Part shown: in pieces, positions 24,873-29,029 of the stretch
How the letters are laid out: each line of letters begins with the position of its first letter
Numbering within the stretch: the first letter of the stretch is position 1
Virus record (IMG/VR): IMGVR_UViG_3300042807_000233
Location: 1-29,029 of that record
Length of the DNA: 29,029 bases
Reading direction: 5' to 3' (one strand)
Origin: a virus
Taxonomy: Duplodnaviria > Caudoviricetes
Position numbers and translations under genes: made by a program
The notes under the pieces: generated by a model
What the model was told of the DNA's origin: nothing
Databases searched by the model: none
The model's input: the letters and a program-made list of their open reading frames with translations, nothing else

Positions 24873-25015
24873 CAGTCCTTGGCCTTCGGCGCGGGTTGAG
24901 CGGGCTTGGCGGGCTCAGGCGTGGGCGCCTCAGCGGCGGGCACCATCTGGCCACTGGGGAGCATCACAAACTCGCCAGATAGGCCGTGGTGCTCATAGTG
25001 TTGGTCGGCCGCCAT
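24872..25015 (-). CDS. Small Pro/Ala-rich protein preceding the tail tube (47 aa)
   Basis: MAADQHYEHHGLSGEFVMLPSGQMVPAAEAPTPEPAKPAQPAPKAKD; TGATG overlap with the tube gene. Confidence 0.75.
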   Translation of the reverse strand: MAADQHYEHHGLSGEFVMLPSGQMVPAAEAPTPEPAKPAQPAPKAKD

Positions 25016-25044
25016 AGTTAGGGGTGAGCTTCCGTACCCTCAGG

Positions 25045-25506
25045 CTATGGAGCGGCGTTGATTGCGTTGTCACGTGTCCGGTAGCGGATCAGGAATCTTT
25101 GGGTCATGCGGCCAGACGTGGCATCGGCTGCCTCCATCTCTGGCAGGTAGCCATCCGGCTGCACGTCATGGGCCAAGCCGCCAAGGGTGCGGTCGGCCAT
25201 CATGCGGGCGTGAACGTCGGTCACGATGGGGTCCGCCAGCTGGTCCGGCACATCGCCGCGCACGTAGGTTTCGATCAGGGCCACCAAAGCGTTGTCAAGG
25301 CGCCCGAGGCTTGCGCCGGTGGTACTGGGAGCCTTCACCGGGTTGTCCTCGCCAGGGCTGACGATCACCGCTGGGGTTTCGGGCCTGGAGATCGCCTGCA
25401 CGCGGCTGCGGTAGATCCTCGTGCCGACCCGCACCGTGCCCGGCAGGGTGACGGTGTGGATGTGGTTCAGGATCTGCTCTCGGAGGCTGGGGGCTGGGGT
25501 GGTCAT
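25045..25506 (-). CDS. Tail terminator (lambda gpU-like)
   Basis: SLREQIL...RIYRSRV......PAVIV.P..D...ADPIV.DVH..MMAD.TLGGLA...IRYRT, located before the tube gene. Confidence 0.8.
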   Translation of the reverse strand: MTTPAPSLREQILNHIHTVTLPGTVRVGTRIYRSRVQAISRPETPAVIVSPGEDNPVKAPSTTGASLGRLDNALVALIETYVRGDVPDQLADPIVTDVHARMMADRTLGGLAHDVQPDGYLPEMEAADATSGRMTQRFLIRYRTRDNAINAAP

Positions 25507-25525
25507 ACCTCAGTGTGCAGGGCAC

Positions 25526-25557
25526 AAAAAACCGGGCCCGTTGGCGCGGCGCCCGGT
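25526..25557 (-). terminator. Rho-independent terminator
   Basis: ACCGGGC(G)CCG-CGCCAA-CGGGCCCGGT followed by TTTTTGT on the minus strand. Confidence 0.8.
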
Positions 25558-25605
25558 GGGGTGGTGGATTGGCGGGGGATTGCAGGGCGGAGAAGTCGAG
25601 GGACA

Positions 25606-25779
25606 CTACGAGGTGCGGTTTAGCCTCTCGATCTCTTCAGGCTTGATTGGCGTCCTGAGCCATGCCTTGAACTCTCGGTCCAGTTCGGCAAGGTCGCAGG
25701 CTGGGCCGATGCTGAACGAAAGCAGCGTTTCGGGCGGACGATGGGCCAGAGTGTTCTGAGTGGTGGTAAGTGTGTTCAT
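25606..25779 (-). CDS. Hypothetical protein (57 aa)
   Basis: MNTLTTTQNTLAHRPPETLLSFSIGPACDLAELDREFKAWLRTPIKPEEIERLNRTS; starts 4 nt after the upstream stop. Confidence 0.6.
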   Translation of the reverse strand: MNTLTTTQNTLAHRPPETLLSFSIGPACDLAELDREFKAWLRTPIKPEEIERLNRTS

Positions 25780-25783
25780 TGCT

Positions 25784-26596
25784 TTACGGTATCGCCGCCG
25801 CGATGGCGTTGATCAGAGCGGTCACGCGGGCGTCCAGGAGGGCGAGGTTGAGGGATTCGCCTATGGAGTAGAAGGCTAGGCGGACAGCATTGGACAGAAA
25901 AGCTCCTGGGGTGCCGCCAGTGCCATTACGCGCAAATACATATATTTGGGAAGAATCAGGAGTGACGGAAGTTAGCACACCCCCTCCAGTAATTGTAGGA
26001 GCAACAGTTACTCCATCGGTTCTCACGGAAAACGTTGAGCCATTGTTTCTAGTGCTTCCCTTAAATCCAATGATATTGTGCGTGTTGGGTGTAAGCTGGT
26101 CGGCGCTAGGTGATCTGCTATTCCATCTATCGCGTGTATTAGTAGGGTCATTAAGAATCATGCTACTGCCAGAAACTAATACATTTGAGCCTAAATAGTA
26201 TCCACCTGTACCTGTTGTAGATACATGAACACTCATGTGAAAGTTGTTTTGCGGATCAGCGTTGTTATTTCGGCCGGTGTTCAGATAGTTATTCGTCCCA
26301 TTCCCCGCCGTCCCCGTTTTTCGATTGTAATTCCAACCGCCTTCCGTGCCGAACCGAGTCGGCGCCGCCCCCACCAACGGCACCAGCGCACCGGCCAGTG
26401 TGCGGGCACCGGCCATGATGCACGACGCCTTGATAGCGCTCCAGATCCCATCAGCTTTGCACCCCACCACAAACGCATTTATTGCATCCTTCACGCCAAC
26501 TTCCAGCGCCTGGGTATCAGCAGCCTCCACGGCAGTGATGTACGCCTGCGCGTCGGGGTCGTAGGCACTCACCCTCCTTCTTTGAACAATCAGCAT
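25784..26596 (-). CDS. Putative virion adhesin/lectin-like beta-sandwich protein (270 aa)
   Basis: ATG preceded by AGGAGG. Helical N-terminus YDPDAQAYITAVEAAD...AINAFVVGCKADGIW, a beta-rich AT-rich middle, and C-terminal RLAFYSIGESL. Confidence 0.65.
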   Translation of the reverse strand: MLIVQRRRVSAYDPDAQAYITAVEAADTQALEVGVKDAINAFVVGCKADGIWSAIKASCIMAGARTLAGALVPLVGAAPTRFGTEGGWNYNRKTGTAGNGTNNYLNTGRNNNADPQNNFHMSVHVSTTGTGGYYLGSNVLVSGSSMILNDPTNTRDRWNSRSPSADQLTPNTHNIIGFKGSTRNNGSTFSVRTDGVTVAPTITGGGVLTSVTPDSSQIYVFARNGTGGTPGAFLSNAVRLAFYSIGESLNLALLDARVTALINAIAAAIP

Positions 26597-26630
26597 CCGA
26601 TTCCCTCCTGCATAAGGCCCCCTGCGCCAC

Positions 26631-27245
26631 TCATGCTGGCAGCTCATTGATCCATCCAGCAGAGAGGTCAAACGGCTGGCCTGCCTCGATCTGCTGGCGC
26701 AGTTCTTTCGCCCGCTCTATGTTGCCGTAGCCCGCCTCGACCAGTGCCTGATGGCGCTGCAGCAGGTCAACCATGGCAGCAGTTGCCGTGCCCTCCTGAT
26801 CGCGCCGGATAGCCTCAGCCAGCAGCACGGCCAGCATCGGATCTTCGTTGCTCGGATACAGCCGGGCGTTGGCCTGCAACCTCGCGGCCTCCACCTGATT
26901 CAGCAGCTCGTCATCTGGCCGGCGCAGCACCTCCAACGTCTCTTCCCACGTCCCAACAGGGCCGCCGACCTTCGGGTTCGGATAGTCCACAGGCCCCCAG
27001 CTGGCCACCTCGTAGAAAATCTGAGAGTCGTACTCGCGCACCTGAGGTTCGCCCCTCAGGTAGAACTTGATCTGGGTGCCGTCGTAGGGCAGACCGAACA
27101 GGTTGGGCCACCTGGCGCCGGCTGGGTTGGTGGGCACATTGTTCCTCATCGGCACAAACAGATCGACGCTCTGGCCCTCGCGCGGGCCTTGCTCGTCGTA
27201 GTACCGAATGCCGGTGTCGAGATTGGTCTTGATGGTGTCAGTCAT
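26631..27245 (-). CDS. Hypothetical protein of the fibre cassette (204 aa), possible fibre chaperone
   Basis: Start trimmed to MTDTIKTN, 2 nt after the upstream stop. Beta-rich N-half and helical C-half ending in DLSAGW. Confidence 0.65.
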   Translation of the reverse strand: MTDTIKTNLDTGIRYYDEQGPREGQSVDLFVPMRNNVPTNPAGARWPNLFGLPYDGTQIKFYLRGEPQVREYDSQIFYEVASWGPVDYPNPKVGGPVGTWEETLEVLRRPDDELLNQVEAARLQANARLYPSNEDPMLAVLLAEAIRRDQEGTATAAMVDLLQRHQALVEAGYGNIERAKELRQQIEAGQPFDLSAGWINELPA

Positions 27246-27247
27246 GG

Positions 27248-28261
27248 TTAGACAGCAGAACGGGTAAACAGAAATTGAGCGAACAGGCCCTGAGCCCCAG
27301 TGCCGACGCCAACCAGATCGACGCCGATCCGGTCCCCGGCGGTAAATGTCGGGCTGGCGATCAGCGAGGCGGAGGCATTCACCAAGCTCGCGCCTGATGC
27401 CAACGTGGCGTTGCCGGTCAGCACCGATGTCTTGGTACCGGCGGCGGTGCGTTTGTAGGCATTGAAGGTGCTGCTGCTGCTGCCGGTGTTGTCGATATGA
27501 CTGCCAAACCGCACCGCTGTCAGCGTAAAGTCCCCCGATGGCACAGGCACAGGCCACTCGACATAGTTAGTCCCGGCGGTTGCTGTTTCGCCCTTGTTGC
27601 TGAGCACCAGTATTAGGCCGTCACCGAGAGGCCCCAGGTCGGAGTATGTGCTGGGAATCGACGGCAATCCCGACAGGCTGCCGTAAGCGATCTGCGCCCC
27701 ATCGCCGCCGTTGTGGTCGTGGCTGTTGCCGTTCGTGACGCCTTGCGCTGCGGGGGCGAAGTCCGTGCTAGCTGCTGCTGCTGCCGTGCCCAGCGTGGGG
27801 CGCCCGCTTAGATCGCCATAGGCGCCGCTGGTGGCTACCGTCGCCAGGCTGCCGGGTTGGACTGCCGTCGCCGCGAGTGAGCCTTGCGCAGCCGTTGCAG
27901 CGCCAATGTCGCCCGGGGTGAGCGCATCAGTGCCGCCCGTGGCGTGGGTGGTTTTGTGCGCCGTGGGGGTGCGGGCGTCGGTCAGTGCTGCATTCCCTGG
28001 CTGAATCGCTGTGCTCGCCAGCGTGCCCTGTGCTGCGGTGGCGTAGGCCGCGTTGCCTTCCGCGGCGGTCAGGTAGCCGGGGTGGGGGTCTGCAGCTGCT
28101 ACGTGGGCAGCCACAGCACTGCTGATCGCGCCAGCCGCCAGATTCGCAATATCTTGGGTGGTGGCGTCCTTCGTCGCCCCAGCCTGATCCATCGGCACCC
28201 GCTCAGTTCCATCGAGCGGGGTCGTGGCGTTCGGCAGGCCTGTGATCGTGGTTTCAGCCAT
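27248..28261 (-). CDS. Fibre-like protein (337 aa), probable neck/head fibre
   Basis: N-terminal TITGLPNATTPLDGTERVPMDQAG.TK.AT motif; fibre motifs HVAAADPHPGYL, HKTTHATGGTDALTP.DIGAA and LATVATSGAYGDLSGRP; beta-sandwich C-terminus. Confidence 0.75.
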   Translation of the reverse strand: MAETTITGLPNATTPLDGTERVPMDQAGATKDATTQDIANLAAGAISSAVAAHVAAADPHPGYLTAAEGNAAYATAAQGTLASTAIQPGNAALTDARTPTAHKTTHATGGTDALTPGDIGAATAAQGSLAATAVQPGSLATVATSGAYGDLSGRPTLGTAAAAASTDFAPAAQGVTNGNSHDHNGGDGAQIAYGSLSGLPSIPSTYSDLGPLGDGLILVLSNKGETATAGTNYVEWPVPVPSGDFTLTAVRFGSHIDNTGSSSSTFNAYKRTAAGTKTSVLTGNATLASGASLVNASASLIASPTFTAGDRIGVDLVGVGTGAQGLFAQFLFTRSAV

Positions 28262-28263
28262 AC

Positions 28264-28623
28264 CTACAGAATGCGGAGCTGTCTGTTGTCGAGGGTCGTG
28301 ATCCGCAGGCCGCTCAGCGTCACTAGGTAGGTGGCGACCTTCTGCACTAGCTCCAGCACCATCACGCAGAACCGGCCGTCAGCCAGCCGCAACGGTTCAT
28401 GCTGCAGCTTGTACGTCAATCCCTCGTGCTGCACCTGGTCGCCATACTGCAACTCGCCAAACTGATCGGTCCTGGCGGTCAGCGCATAGTCCACCGTCAC
28501 CACCTGATCATTCATGATGATCTGGCTGGCGCGGTCCATAATCCCCAAGCCAACAACGGCCCCAGCAGTGACGCTGGAGCCGAAGTCAGCCAGCAGGAAA
28601 TCATCGGGGATTTCCTGGAGCAT
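28264..28623 (-). CDS. Head-tail joining protein (lambda gpFII-like) with a C-terminal extension
   Basis: DFG..V......GIMD......V..VDY.L......FG.L.YGD.V...G..Y......DG.F....L core, plus an extra YLVTLSGLRITTLDNRQLRIL. Confidence 0.75.
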   Translation of the reverse strand: MLQEIPDDFLLADFGSSVTAGAVVGLGIMDRASQIIMNDQVVTVDYALTARTDQFGELQYGDQVQHEGLTYKLQHEPLRLADGRFCVMVLELVQKVATYLVTLSGLRITTLDNRQLRIL

Positions 28624-28625
28624 GG

Positions 28626-29012
28626 TCAGACCGCGTAACGGGCGCCGCCGACAGCCACGCAGGTGACAGTGGCGGAAAAGCTGCCGGTTTCATCGGTGAA
28701 GGCCAGCCGCACAAACTTGCCCACCTTGTCGCGGGGGATCGACAGCTTCTGCAGGGCGGCGGTGCTGCCAAGATCGGCAAACGCTCCACCGGCAACGTCC
28801 GTAGCATCGCTGCCATCGGAAGCGTTGCCAGCCTGCACTTTCACCTTGATCGCGGTGCTGGAGGCGCTGGCGGCGGCATACAGCAGCAGCAGCAGATCGC
28901 CGTCAACGCTGCTCACGTCCACCGCAGTGGTGTTGCCCGCGGCGTCGCGGGTGGCAGGAGCCAGGATGGTGAATGTCTGGAGTTGCTCCAGGTTTCTGAG
29001 TTCAATGGCCAT
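28626..29012 (-). CDS. Virion structural protein, probable capsid decoration/cement beta-sandwich
   Basis: 128 aa all-beta pattern (VDV...LLLL...VKVQ....DGSD.TDV.G..F...KFVRL). GGAGG upstream; sits just before the head-tail joining gene. Confidence 0.6.
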   Translation of the reverse strand: MAIELRNLEQLQTFTILAPATRDAAGNTTAVDVSSVDGDLLLLLYAAASASSTAIKVKVQAGNASDGSDATDVAGGAFADLGSTAALQKLSIPRDKVGKFVRLAFTDETGSFSATVTCVAVGGARYAV

Positions 29013-29029
29013 TGATCAATCCTCCGGGG

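Larger units (their letters stand above)
1..29029 (-). mobile_element. Siphovirus/prophage segment (neck, tail, lysis and start of early region), probably a cyanophage
   Basis: Co-oriented, coupled morphogenesis genes in lambda-like order (FII, U, tube, G/GT, TMP, L, K, J), then a lysis cassette and HNH. No host housekeeping genes. Phage versus prophage cannot be decided from this window. Confidence 0.95.

Noticed and set aside
138-25583. Similar G-rich tracts at 138-162 and 25559-25583 (GGYGGTGGA...GGCGGGGATTGC)
   Set aside because: Low complexity and gapped; probably the generic C-rich leader composition on the minus strand. A remnant leader cannot be excluded.
26597-27557. Longer starts given for the 308-aa and 295-aa ORFs
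   Set aside because: The extensions overlap upstream genes out of frame. Starts at 27245 (coupled) and 26596 (AGGAGG) fit better.
6074-28261. Diversity-generating retroelement acting on the fibre genes
   Set aside because: No reverse transcriptase, no template/variable repeat pair differing at adenines and no C-type-lectin-like C-terminal motif in this window.
2-29012. Numerous long plus-strand and alternative-frame ORFs in the ORF track
   Set aside because: They are shadows of GC-rich minus-strand genes, with Arg/Pro/Gly-rich or antisense-type composition and no motifs. Only 2024-2215 fills a real gap.
1-29029. tRNA/rRNA genes, integrase, att site or IS element
   Set aside because: No cloverleaf, recombinase or transposase motif was recognised, and the intergenic space is small and otherwise explained.

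Overview
The whole window looks like part of a GC-rich siphovirus or prophage, most likely infecting a picocyanobacterium (Cyanobium/Synechococcus type). The host is inferred from an NblA-like gene, a cyanophage-type giant tail protein and cyanobacterial regulator boxes. Nearly all real genes are on the minus strand and tightly coupled. From right to left they are: capsid decoration-like protein, gpFII-like head-tail joining protein, an inserted fibre cassette with its own terminator, gpU-like tail terminator, tail tube, tail chaperones with a -1 frameshift, tape measure protein with a lysozyme-like domain, L/K/J/M-like tip proteins, two further tube-like proteins, a 1632-aa tail appendage, a second fibre module, and a lysis cassette (three small membrane proteins plus a GH19/C39 dual-domain endolysin). 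These are followed by an HNH nuclease, a metallophosphoesterase, a divergent pair (nblA-like plus a small ORF) sharing one CATG, and small early-type genes. The most unusual stretch is a ~390-bp non-coding block (1309-1697) at the late/early boundary. It is packed with matches to binding sites of several different host proteins (LexA, DnaA, RpaB/HLR1) plus other repeats, and a helically phased, gyrase-site-like element lies nearby. A recurrent YASVCTGA motif precedes most genes that are not translationally coupled. No integrase, reverse transcriptase, CRISPR array or RNA gene was seen. All calls come from reading motifs by eye; no database search was run.
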